A DNA stretch of 25,542 nucleotides from positions 1 to 25,542 of the forward strand of contig JAZSFY010000358.1 of assembly GCA_045532415.1 (NCBI GenBank), in the 5' to 3' direction. The position numbers were made by a program, and so were the translations under genes. The DNA is from Eubacteriales bacterium. Lineage in GTDB: Bacteria; Bacillota; Clostridia; Oscillospirales; CAG-382. How positions within the stretch are numbered: the stretch's first letter is position 1; each line of letters opens with the position of its first letter. The notes under the pieces were generated by a model. That model saw nothing but the letters and a program-made list of their open reading frames with translations, was not told where the DNA came from and did no database searches. Shown here piece after piece: positions 14,900-23,113 of this stretch.

Positions 14900-17587
14900 T
14901 TAAACGTTGCCGTAGAAAATATCCTTTTTAAGCTTCATATAGTCAGCTGCAGTAACCTTACCGTCGCCGGTATAGTCAGCACGTTCCATATAGCCGTCCT
15001 TAGCATTTGCGCTATTGAAAGTACCGAAGATAATCTGCTTAAGCATGAAATAGTCATTTGTCTTAACAGCACCGTCACCGTTTATGTCACCCAAAAGGAT
15101 AGGCTCAACGTCATCTGTTGCAACAGTACCGTATGCTTCGATTTCATTAATGAAGAACCAGCCTGCATTAACAGCCTTGAAGCGGAGGTAGCTGCCTACA
15201 CCAACAACGTTGCTTACTTCATAAGTGAGGTAACCGGTAGGAAGATCCTTAGGAAGCTCAAAATATCCGATATCTGTCCAATTCTGTCCGTCATCAGAGG
15301 ACTGAAGAATAAGGTCGTAAGGTCTGCCGATACCGCCTTCGTTGGTATAAGCAAAGTATACCTTTGCTCTGCTGATAGAATATCTGCCGCCGAGGTTAAA
15401 GTCAACATTTACATAATTGCCGTCAAAGCGATTATTGTCATCCAATGCAAGCCAGGTTCCGTCAGCGGTATTGGTAGAAACCTTACCGTCGGTTACATTA
15501 GAGAATGCATTGTACTTTGTTGTTCCTGTAATTGTGGGAACCTTGCCGGAAATAATATTGGTTTCTCCTGTTACTGCAGCCTTTTCACCGTAAAGCTCAA
15601 ATTCGTTTACGAACCACCAAGAGGAGTTAACAGCAGCAACTCTTACATATCTGGAAGTAACACCTTCCAATTCCAAGCTGAGAGTAAATGTTGTTGCCGC
15701 AGTGGTATCCCAGTTAATTGTAGAAGTATCAAATGCCTTTACATAAGACCATGTGCTTCCATTATCGGAGGTAAAGATGGAAAGATCCCAAGGTCTGCCG
15801 ATACCACCATCGGGGTTATGATAACCGAAATGTATCTTTGCACCGCTGAGAGAATAAACCTCACCAAGGTCAAAGTCGAAGTGAGCATAGCCCTGAGCGT
15901 TGTGGTTCTTATCATCCAAGCCAAGCCATGTGCCATCGTAAATATCAGCGGAATAAATACCGTCGGTTACTTTGGACAACTGATTATACTTTGTAGTACC
16001 TGTAATTGTAGGAGTCTTGCCGTAAACGATGCTTTCGTTTTCTGTAGGAGCAACAGTTTCACCTGTATAAGGAGTACCGTTAACAACGATTTCATTAATA
16101 AACATCCAACTGCTGTTTACAGCCTTAATTCGTATATATCTGCCTGCATAGCCTGCGCCGGATGCGGAGAAGGAATATGTACCGTCAGACCATGTGCCTG
16201 TGGGAAGTGTGAAGTTATAAGCAGTTACCCAATTCTTATTATCATCGGAAACCTGAAGCTGAAGATCATAAGGTCTGCCGATACCGTTAGTGCTGTTAAC
16301 ACCAACATGAATCTGTGCGTCGCTGATATTATACTTAGCACCAAGGTCATAGTCTACATGAACATAACCGCCGGATTGATTTGCATCTCTAAGGCCGAGC
16401 CATGTTCCGTCATTAACATCGTTAGAATATACACCGTCGGTCAAGCCGGAGCCTGTGTGAGTTGTTGTGCCGGTGATAGTGTATTGCTTACCTGCAACAA
16501 GAGAACCATTGGAGGTAGTGGGAGCAGAAGGAGTAGAGGGAGTAGAGCTGTCGCCGGAGGAAGAACCGGTTGTAGTGATCTGAACAACACGCTTATTGTG
16601 AGTAGCTTCAACAAAGCTCTTAGATCTGGAGTTATAAACCCAACCTGTTACACCGTCATATGTTGTCTTAAGGAACAAGCCGTCAGAGGAAACTTCGGTT
16701 ACCTCAAACATTCTGTACTGAGGAATAACAGAAAGCTCGGTAGAAGAAGTGCTCTTAGACGCGAAAATAGACTTGTTGCCATTTGTCATATAAAGACCTG
16801 TGGTAGGATTGTATCCGGAATAGTCAATGTTAGAAACATTGTCGGAATCGTAAGGCAATCTGCCATAGCCGTGGATTTTAGAGTTGGAAAGAGAATAGCT
16901 CTTGAAATAAACACCGCCGCCGTTTGCTTCGACACCGGTACCGGAGGATGTGTTACCTTCAATTGTGTAAACTCTGCCGCCGGAAACGTATACTACGATA
17001 CCAACGTGACAGGGGCCTTGGGAATTCTTGAAGAAAATTATATCGCCGTAGATAGGAGTGTAAGAGCCGCCACGAGCAGCAGACTTCTTATAATAGCTTG
17101 TGTAGTTGGAAAGCTGGCTTACCCAAGCAGTACAGGAATATTCCTTCCAGATGCAGGATGTGTCGCCCTTGTTGAAACGGCAAGCATATTTATAAGATGC
17201 CTGGTCGGTACAACGGGATTGATAAAGAGACCAAGAAACAAAGGATGCGCACCATGCATAGCTGTAGGTGTCAAGCCAGTTACCTGCATTGTAGTTGAAT
17301 TCGGTATAGTTACCTTTACTTGCAACGGTACCGCTGTAGCTACCTGCAGAGGGACCCTCCTGATAGCCAAGCTGAGAGAAAGCAACAGCCAAAAGATTGT
17401 TTCTGTCGTCGTCGCCAAGTGTAAGCTTAGTATAATTGGTATAATATCTTCCGTTCTTGTAGGAAGATGAAACAGAATTTCCGCCTTTTCTGTATGTAAG
17501 AGATGCAGAAGCGGGAAGAACCAGGCAGGGAATCATCATTGCGAGAACAAGAGCCACCGCCAAAACGCGAGTGAAATGCTTTTTCAT
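14900..17587 (-). CDS. Secreted CHAP-domain cell wall hydrolase with SH3-like region, three tandem discoidin domains and C-terminal dockerin
   Basis: Signal peptide ending in LPASA-S. CHAP motifs AWCASFVSWS, CHVGIV and IEGNT. An S/T/P linker is followed by three ~155-aa repeats (GK...ITGTT...TDG...DGTWL...GIGRP.DL...SDD...W...VNSSW.F.NE). Dockerin GDINGDGAVKTNDY / ADYTGDGKVTAADY. Confidence 0.9.
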   Translation of the reverse strand: MKKHFTRVLAVALVLAMMIPCLVLPASASLTYRKGGNSVSSSYKNGRYYTNYTKLTLGDDDRNNLLAVAFSQLGYQEGPSAGSYSGTVASKGNYTEFNYNAGNWLDTYSYAWCASFVSWSLYQSRCTDQASYKYACRFNKGDTSCIWKEYSCTAWVSQLSNYTSYYKKSAARGGSYTPIYGDIIFFKNSQGPCHVGIVVYVSGGRVYTIEGNTSSGTGVEANGGGVYFKSYSLSNSKIHGYGRLPYDSDNVSNIDYSGYNPTTGLYMTNGNKSIFASKSTSSTELSVIPQYRMFEVTEVSSDGLFLKTTYDGVTGWVYNSRSKSFVEATHNKRVVQITTTGSSSGDSSTPSTPSAPTTSNGSLVAGKQYTITGTTTHTGSGLTDGVYSNDVNDGTWLGLRDANQSGGYVHVDYDLGAKYNISDAQIHVGVNSTNGIGRPYDLQLQVSDDNKNWVTAYNFTLPTGTWSDGTYSFSASGAGYAGRYIRIKAVNSSWMFINEIVVNGTPYTGETVAPTENESIVYGKTPTITGTTKYNQLSKVTDGIYSADIYDGTWLGLDDKNHNAQGYAHFDFDLGEVYSLSGAKIHFGYHNPDGGIGRPWDLSIFTSDNGSTWSYVKAFDTSTINWDTTAATTFTLSLELEGVTSRYVRVAAVNSSWWFVNEFELYGEKAAVTGETNIISGKVPTITGTTKYNAFSNVTDGKVSTNTADGTWLALDDNNRFDGNYVNVDFNLGGRYSISRAKVYFAYTNEGGIGRPYDLILQSSDDGQNWTDIGYFELPKDLPTGYLTYEVSNVVGVGSYLRFKAVNAGWFFINEIEAYGTVATDDVEPILLGDINGDGAVKTNDYFMLKQIIFGTFNSANAKDGYMERADYTGDGKVTAADYMKLKKDIFYGNV
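15120..16505 (-). repeat. Three tandem intragenic discoidin-domain repeats
   Basis: The protein repeats are visible, and the nucleotide core AGGTCTGCCGATACC (encoding GIGRP) recurs near 15320, 15790 and 16271. Boundaries are approximate. Confidence 0.8.
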
Positions 17588-17653
17588 AAAACCTCTCCTA
17601 TTATAATATTATTTTAAGCGAGCTTTCGCCCACATAAAGCCGATTCGCAATAG

Positions 17654-17682
17654 ATTATACCATATTTTTAAAAAACTGTAAA
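17654..17682 (-). promoter_or_regulatory. Sigma-A promoter of CHAP-dockerin gene 2
   Basis: TTTACA (17682-17677), 17 nt, TATAAT (17659-17654), with extended -10 TGG. Confidence 0.7.
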
Positions 17683-17770
17683 GAAATTTAACAATTTTTT
17701 TTGTCATGATGCTTTTTTCATTATATTGCACAAATCAGGCACTTTGAAATTGTGCAAAAAGAAAACAACA

Positions 17771-17797
17771 AGACCGCTTTTTAGAAAAAAGCGGTCT
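17771..17797 (-). terminator. Terminator after cpsD-like gene
   Basis: 12-bp inverted repeat AGACCGCTTTTT / AAAAAGCGGTCT followed on the minus strand by TGTTGTTTT. Confidence 0.8.
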
Positions 17798-17810
17798 ATG
17801 ATGTCATATA

Positions 17811-18503
17811 TTATTTAGAGTTTAAAGAGCGTTTGCTGTAATACTTACGATAATAATACTTCTTATTTTTAGGCTTACGGTTGTTTCTTACGACGCCAAG
17901 CATCTTACAGCCGCTTTTTTCTATTTTTTCAACAATAATTTGAGCATCGCGGTAATGCACCTTTGAATTGCCGATTACCATAATAGCTCCGTCGCATTTT
18001 TCGGCAACAACAGCAGCGTCAATAATCTGTCCCAAAGGAGGAGTATCGATTATAATATAATCGTAAACCTTTCTGCATTCGGACAGCAATGCCGCAAAAT
18101 ATTTTCCGCTCAAAAGCTCAACAGGGTTGGGAGGACACTGACCTGCAAAAAGAATATGCATTTTAAGGTCATTAACAGGATAAAGGCAATCGGTAATCGA
18201 GCTCATTCCGGTCAAAACCTCGCTCAATCCGCTATGGAATGAAGCTGTTGTGTTTCTTACTGCCATAACAGACTTTCGCATATCGGCATCAATGAGCAAT
18301 ACCCTTTTATCAAGCTGAGCAAATGATTTTGCTATATGGAGAGAAACCGTTGTTTTACCGTCGTTTTCATTACAGCTTGTTATACAAATAACCTTTACGT
18401 CCTGTCCGCAAAACTGAATATTTGTACGCAATACCTTATAAGCTTCCTCGGTAAAAAAATCATTGTCGCCGGGTAATTTCAAATCAATAGATGAAATGCT
18501 CAT
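17811..18503 (-). CDS. cpsD: BY-kinase (CpsD/CapB family tyrosine-protein kinase)
   Basis: EEAYKVLRTNIQF, Walker A NDGKTT, LLIDADMRK, PPNPVELL, Walker B IIIDTPP, and a C-terminal tyrosine cluster KKYYYRKYY. Confidence 0.92.
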   Translation of the reverse strand: MSISSIDLKLPGDNDFFTEEAYKVLRTNIQFCGQDVKVICITSCNENDGKTTVSLHIAKSFAQLDKRVLLIDADMRKSVMAVRNTTASFHSGLSEVLTGMSSITDCLYPVNDLKMHILFAGQCPPNPVELLSGKYFAALLSECRKVYDYIIIDTPPLGQIIDAAVVAEKCDGAIMVIGNSKVHYRDAQIIVEKIEKSGCKMLGVVRNNRKPKNKKYYYRKYYSKRSLNSK

Positions 18504-19279
18504 TTTTTACCTCCGTTTGCTTCTGTGAGTTTCCTTTGACCATACGCATATTTGCCTTTTTTCTTTGCTTCGTCGGCATCGGGGATGTCGCCCAAAATGC
18601 TTAATCCCAAGCAACGCTCTATATCGTCATCCGTATGGATATAGTTATCAAAAAGGAAAAGCGCAAGGAATACAATATAAATCAATCCGCCTGCCGCAAT
18701 TCCGTAAATCAAATAATTTGTAAAGGAAACTCCGTTAATCGCATAAGGGCTGTAAGTTCCTTCTTCAAAAACCTGAAGCTGGTCATAATTCAAAGTACGA
18801 TTAATGGACTCGGCGCCGATGCGGCAAACACCGTCTACTATCTGTTTTGCCATTTCGGGGGATGTGGCAATTGCAGTAACCTCCAGAACACGGGTTTCCT
18901 CGGGATTGGTGATAGAAATAGACGACTTAAACGCCCCATAACCATTTTTCACTCCAAGCTCATCTCCAAGCTTGTTTAAAACCGTACGGCTGGTAAGAAG
19001 ATAGCGGCTGTCAGCTCTAACGACATTAGCCAATGCATAGTCTACAGTCCATTGCTGATCGAGCTTACCATTCTCGTCTAGGGCAGAATTTTCCTTTGTC
19101 CCCAGTAGATACAAGGTCGCAGTCGAGGAATACATCGGAACATAATTAGCTTTAGCATAAAAATAGAACGCTACCGAAACAACAACAGCGGCTATTATTA
19201 CATAATGAAAGCATCCGCGCAATACATTCCAAAGATCCTTAAGGGATATAGTCTTTAAACCGATCTTTTCCTTATCCAT
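18500..19279 (-). CDS. cpsC: CpsC/CapA-family transmembrane BY-kinase activator (Wzz-like)
   Basis: ISLKDLWNVL, two TM segments, P.YSSTATLY, and C-terminal DNYIHTDDDIERCLGLSILGDIP. Confidence 0.9.
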   Translation of the reverse strand: MDKEKIGLKTISLKDLWNVLRGCFHYVIIAAVVVSVAFYFYAKANYVPMYSSTATLYLLGTKENSALDENGKLDQQWTVDYALANVVRADSRYLLTSRTVLNKLGDELGVKNGYGAFKSSISITNPEETRVLEVTAIATSPEMAKQIVDGVCRIGAESINRTLNYDQLQVFEEGTYSPYAINGVSFTNYLIYGIAAGGLIYIVFLALFLFDNYIHTDDDIERCLGLSILGDIPDADEAKKKGKYAYGQRKLTEANGGKK

Positions 19280-20006
19280 TTATTTCCTCCGCAATACTAT
19301 TTTTAAAAATTAATTCATATGCGTTTTCAAAACAAAGCTTTGAGGCAGATTCCTTTCCGTATTTATCGGAAAGATAATTATATGCACCGCTTATCAAGGG
19401 CAGCCTGTCGATTGATGAATGGCCGTCACTTGAAATAAAGCTTACCAGCTCCTCGGACAAAAGCTTTTTGACCTTAACCTTCTGAAAAAAGCCAATCCCG
19501 CCATAAACGCTTATAGCATTGATTTGAAACAAAACTCCGTCGCGCTTAAGGCTTTCTATAAATTTTACCGAAAGCTTATCATAACGTTCGGTGTGAGCGA
19601 GAATAGGCACATATCCCGAACGAAGGATAGAATAAAGTCCTTCACAGATATTAGCTTGCGATTCGGTACAGTTAAACTCAACCAGAACATATCTGCTGTT
19701 CCCTAGGGTTTTGCACATACCCTGCCTAAGCCATGAGCCCGATTCATCCATATAAAAAAGCTCGTTGCCTAAAAGAAGATGAAGATCAGGATACTTTTCT
19801 GAGCAATATTCCTTCAATTCATCGAAAGCCTTTTGGGTTTTATCAGAATTATTCCCAAATTCACTAGGGCAAAAATGCGGTGTTGCACACATAAAACGGA
19901 CTCCGTCATTATATGCAAGGTCGATCATTTCAAGCATTTCTGCCCGATTCGATGCACCGTCATCGGTTCCGTAAAGAATATGGGTATGTATATCGGCAAA
20001 AAACAC
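19272..20006 (-). CDS. cpsB: PHP-family tyrosine phosphatase (CpsB/CapC)
   Basis: DIHTHILYGTDDGA, ATPH, GNE, YVLVEF, PILAHTERY and SDGH motifs. GTG start. Confidence 0.92.
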   Translation of the reverse strand: MFFADIHTHILYGTDDGASNRAEMLEMIDLAYNDGVRFMCATPHFCPSEFGNNSDKTQKAFDELKEYCSEKYPDLHLLLGNELFYMDESGSWLRQGMCKTLGNSRYVLVEFNCTESQANICEGLYSILRSGYVPILAHTERYDKLSVKFIESLKRDGVLFQINAISVYGGIGFFQKVKVKKLLSEELVSFISSDGHSSIDRLPLISGAYNYLSDKYGKESASKLCFENAYELIFKNSIAEEING

Positions 20007-20040
20007 AAAAATGCCCCTTTACTTATAATTCGACAAATTT

Positions 20041-20069
20041 ATTATGACACATCTAAAATCAAATGTCAA
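20041..20069 (-). promoter_or_regulatory. Sigma-A promoter of the cpsBCD-like operon; its -35 overlaps the dusB stop codon
   Basis: TTGACA (20069-20064, containing the TGA stop of dusB), 17 nt, CATAAT (20046-20041), with an extended TG. Confidence 0.7.
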
Positions 20070-21022
20070 TAGCCAAAAACCTCGTTGATTGCATTAATTG
20101 CATCCTGCTCTGTTACCAAAAGTGATATTTCCTTTCTCATTTTGGCAGATCCTGAAAAGCCCTTGCAATATTGAAGCAAATGATGTCTGAACTCTTTAAT
20201 GCCGTTGGCACCTTTTTCTCTTACAACAGTTTTGAGCTGCCTGAAAAGCAGTTCCTTCTTTTCTTCATTTGTAGGCACAGAAAACTCTGTACCCTCTAAT
20301 TTGGCAAGTATTTCGCTAAATACCCAAGGAGCACCGTAAGCGCCTCTACCTATCATTACACCGTCGCATCCTGTTTCCTTCTTCATATTACAGAAGTCCT
20401 CATAGGAAGCAACATCGCCGTTGCCTACAACAGGAATTTTAACGGTTTCCTTTACCTTTTTTATTATTTCCCTGTCGGCATATCCCGAATACATTTGTGA
20501 ACGTGTTCTTCCGTGAACAAAAACCGCGCTGGCTCCGCCTTTTTCAACCGCCAAAGCAACCTTCAAAGCCGATTCGGGGTCGTCATCATCGCAAGCCTTT
20601 CGGAATTTTGCTGTAACAGGCACATTTACTGCATTGGCAACCGTATAAACAATTTTTTCGCAAAGGCTGGGATTTCGCATCAATGCGCTACCCTCTCCGT
20701 TTTTTACAAGCTTGGGCACAGGGCAACCCATATTGATGTCAATGTATTGAGGATTATATCGAAGCATCTGCTTGGCGGCAAACGCCATTATCTGAGGGTC
20801 GCTTCCGAAAAGCTGAATCGCCGCAGGGCGTTCATCATCATAAAGCTTTGCAAGGTCATCGGTTTTTCTGTCATTATAGCTGACAGCCTTTGCGCTTATT
20901 AATTCACTTGTAACTCCTTCTGCACCGCATTTTATACATACAGCACGAAAGGCATGGTCGGTTATTCCTGCCATAGGCGCAAGAAAAAGTCCATGGCGAA
21001 ATTCCAAATTTCCTATTTTCAT
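20066..21022 (-). CDS. dusB: tRNA-dihydrouridine synthase
   Basis: LAPMAGITD, IQLFGSDP, IDINMGCPVPK, GEGSALM, VHGRTR, PVVGNGD and GVMIGRG. Confidence 0.95.
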   Translation of the reverse strand: MKIGNLEFRHGLFLAPMAGITDHAFRAVCIKCGAEGVTSELISAKAVSYNDRKTDDLAKLYDDERPAAIQLFGSDPQIMAFAAKQMLRYNPQYIDINMGCPVPKLVKNGEGSALMRNPSLCEKIVYTVANAVNVPVTAKFRKACDDDDPESALKVALAVEKGGASAVFVHGRTRSQMYSGYADREIIKKVKETVKIPVVGNGDVASYEDFCNMKKETGCDGVMIGRGAYGAPWVFSEILAKLEGTEFSVPTNEEKKELLFRQLKTVVREKGANGIKEFRHHLLQYCKGFSGSAKMRKEISLLVTEQDAINAINEVFGY

Positions 21023-21029
21023 TTATATA

Positions 21030-23099
21030 TCAGTTGACGGTTTTTCCGCCGCCTGTCCTTTCAAGGAATTTTTCCGCTTCATGGAATAAAGCGGAATATT
21101 CGGGTTTATGTCTGTTTTCCTTCAGCTTTTCCGCCAAACCGTCGGTTTCGGCAAGAAGGGTAATATCATTTATCGCCGCGCAGGCAAAGGAAAATTCACC
21201 GCTTTGACGTACACCGAAGAAATCACCGGGCCCTCTTTTTTCCAAATCGGCCTCGGCTATTTTAAACCCGTCGGATGTATCTCTCATTACAGCCAAACGG
21301 TCGGCAGAATCATCCGTGGATTTGCCGTTAACAAGAATACAAACAGAACGTCTATCTCCTCTGCCTATTCTTCCTCTAAGCTGATGAAGCTGTGACAAAC
21401 CGAAGCATTCGGCATTTTCGATAACCATAACAGTAGCCTCGGGAACATCCACGCCAACCTCGATGACCGTGGTTGCCACCAAAATTTTGGTATTTCCCTT
21501 TGCAAAATCCTCCATAACTCTGCTTTTTTCGGCAGGCTTTAGCTTGCCGTGAAGCAATCCCATAGGGATTCCGCTAAAATATCCCGAGGATAATTCATCA
21601 AAATAGCTTTCGGCGGCACGTTTTTCCGAATCCGCCTCGCCTTCTTCAATAAGTGGACAAACAATATATGCCCTGCCGCCTGCAGAAATCTCTTTTTTTA
21701 TAAAATCATAAACCCTTTGAGAGTCATCCTGAGAAACAACCCTTGTTTCGATTTCCTTTCTGCCCACAGGACGCTCGTCCAGCAGAGAAACATCCAAATC
21801 TCCGAAAATAATCAGAGAAAGTGAACGAGGTATAGGGGTTGCAGACATAACAAGCATATGAGCGCGTTTGCCTTCATGCTCGCTTTTTGACAGTAATTGA
21901 GAACGCTGCTTTACACCAAAGCGGTGTTGCTCGTCTACTACCTCAAGAGCACAATTTTTAAAGACGGTATTATCGGTAATTAAGGCATGGGTTCCCACAG
22001 CCACATGAACATCGCCATTGGCTATTCCCTCCCGCACACGTTTTTTTTCTGCCGCAGGCAAGCCCGAAACCAAAAGCTCGGTTTTGATTCCAAAGGGAGA
22101 AAGAAATTTATCCAAGGTCTTTTTGTGCTGACCTGCCAATATTTCGGTTGGAGCCATCATACAGGCCTGAAATCCGTTTTTAACACAAAGATATATTGCC
22201 GCCGCCGCAACGGCAGTTTTGCCGCTTCCCACGTCGCCCTGAAGCAATCTTGCCATCGGAACATCCTTTTCCAAATCGGCAAAGATTTCCTTAACCGAAC
22301 GCTTTTGAGCATTTGTCAGCTCAAAGGGAAGATTTTCGACAAAATGCTTTATTCCCGTATTTTTCAGAGTTAAGGGAAATGCATTTTCCTTTTTTACCGA
22401 ATTTCTCATATTGGACAAAGCCAAACGGAAAACCGCTATTTCACCAAAGGCTATGGTTCGTCTTGCCATAGCAAGGTCATTTTGAGTTTGAGGAAAATGC
22501 ATTAATCTAACGGCTTCTCCTCTTGAAATAAGATTATATTCCTTTCTTATTTCCTGAGGAAAAAGCTCGGGCAGAGAATCGCAAAGCTTCAATACCTCGA
22601 TAACAGAGGATTGAATATTTTTCTGCGTTAAGGGCGGAGAAGCCCGATATATAGGAACATAATAAGGAAGCTCCTTATTGGGAAAGATAGGCTCCAGCTT
22701 GGGAGAGGTCATTTCCCTGCCGTAATAGCCAATCTTCATTCTGCCGTACGCCCGGTATCTCCGTCCCTTTGTCAACGACTTTGCCATAAAGGGGCAATTA
22801 AAGAACACAAGCTCCATCGAGCTGCTATCGTCCTCAACCACAGAACGGAACACCGACATATTTCCTCTCAGGTATTTAGGTGTGCTTGTTTCTCTTACTG
22901 TTATCTCAACAGCGCAAAGCTCTCCGTCAAGAGCCTCGCTGACCTTTCTTATTTTGCCTCGTTCCTCATATTTACGAGGGTAAAATTCCAAAAGGTCCTT
23001 AACCGTTTCCACTCCCAATCGATTGAAAGCGGCAGCCTTGGCTTCTCCGATACCTTTTATTAAATTCACAGATGTTTCAAGGGTTAACCTTACTGCCAT
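21030..23099 (-). CDS. recG: ATP-dependent DNA helicase RecG
   Basis: RLLQGDVGSGKT, MAPTEILA, DEQHRFGV, MSATPIPR, ATTVIEVGVDVP, QLHQLRGRIGRG and RGPGDFFG.RQSG. Confidence 0.97.
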   Translation of the reverse strand: MAVRLTLETSVNLIKGIGEAKAAAFNRLGVETVKDLLEFYPRKYEERGKIRKVSEALDGELCAVEITVRETSTPKYLRGNMSVFRSVVEDDSSSMELVFFNCPFMAKSLTKGRRYRAYGRMKIGYYGREMTSPKLEPIFPNKELPYYVPIYRASPPLTQKNIQSSVIEVLKLCDSLPELFPQEIRKEYNLISRGEAVRLMHFPQTQNDLAMARRTIAFGEIAVFRLALSNMRNSVKKENAFPLTLKNTGIKHFVENLPFELTNAQKRSVKEIFADLEKDVPMARLLQGDVGSGKTAVAAAAIYLCVKNGFQACMMAPTEILAGQHKKTLDKFLSPFGIKTELLVSGLPAAEKKRVREGIANGDVHVAVGTHALITDNTVFKNCALEVVDEQHRFGVKQRSQLLSKSEHEGKRAHMLVMSATPIPRSLSLIIFGDLDVSLLDERPVGRKEIETRVVSQDDSQRVYDFIKKEISAGGRAYIVCPLIEEGEADSEKRAAESYFDELSSGYFSGIPMGLLHGKLKPAEKSRVMEDFAKGNTKILVATTVIEVGVDVPEATVMVIENAECFGLSQLHQLRGRIGRGDRRSVCILVNGKSTDDSADRLAVMRDTSDGFKIAEADLEKRGPGDFFGVRQSGEFSFACAAINDITLLAETDGLAEKLKENRHKPEYSALFHEAEKFLERTGGGKTVN

Positions 23100-23113
23100 T
23101 TATTATTCCTCAA

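Noticed and set aside
15818-17470. 550-aa plus-strand ORF, and similar ORFs at 12224-14266
   Set aside because: These are antisense shadows of the CHAP-dockerin genes. The I/V/C-rich composition is typical of reverse-frame translation.
20066-21022. Functional link between dusB (a D-loop modifier) and the D-loop-interrupted tRNA
   Set aside because: They are 20 kb apart and dusB lies in a separate housekeeping operon, so this is most likely coincidence.
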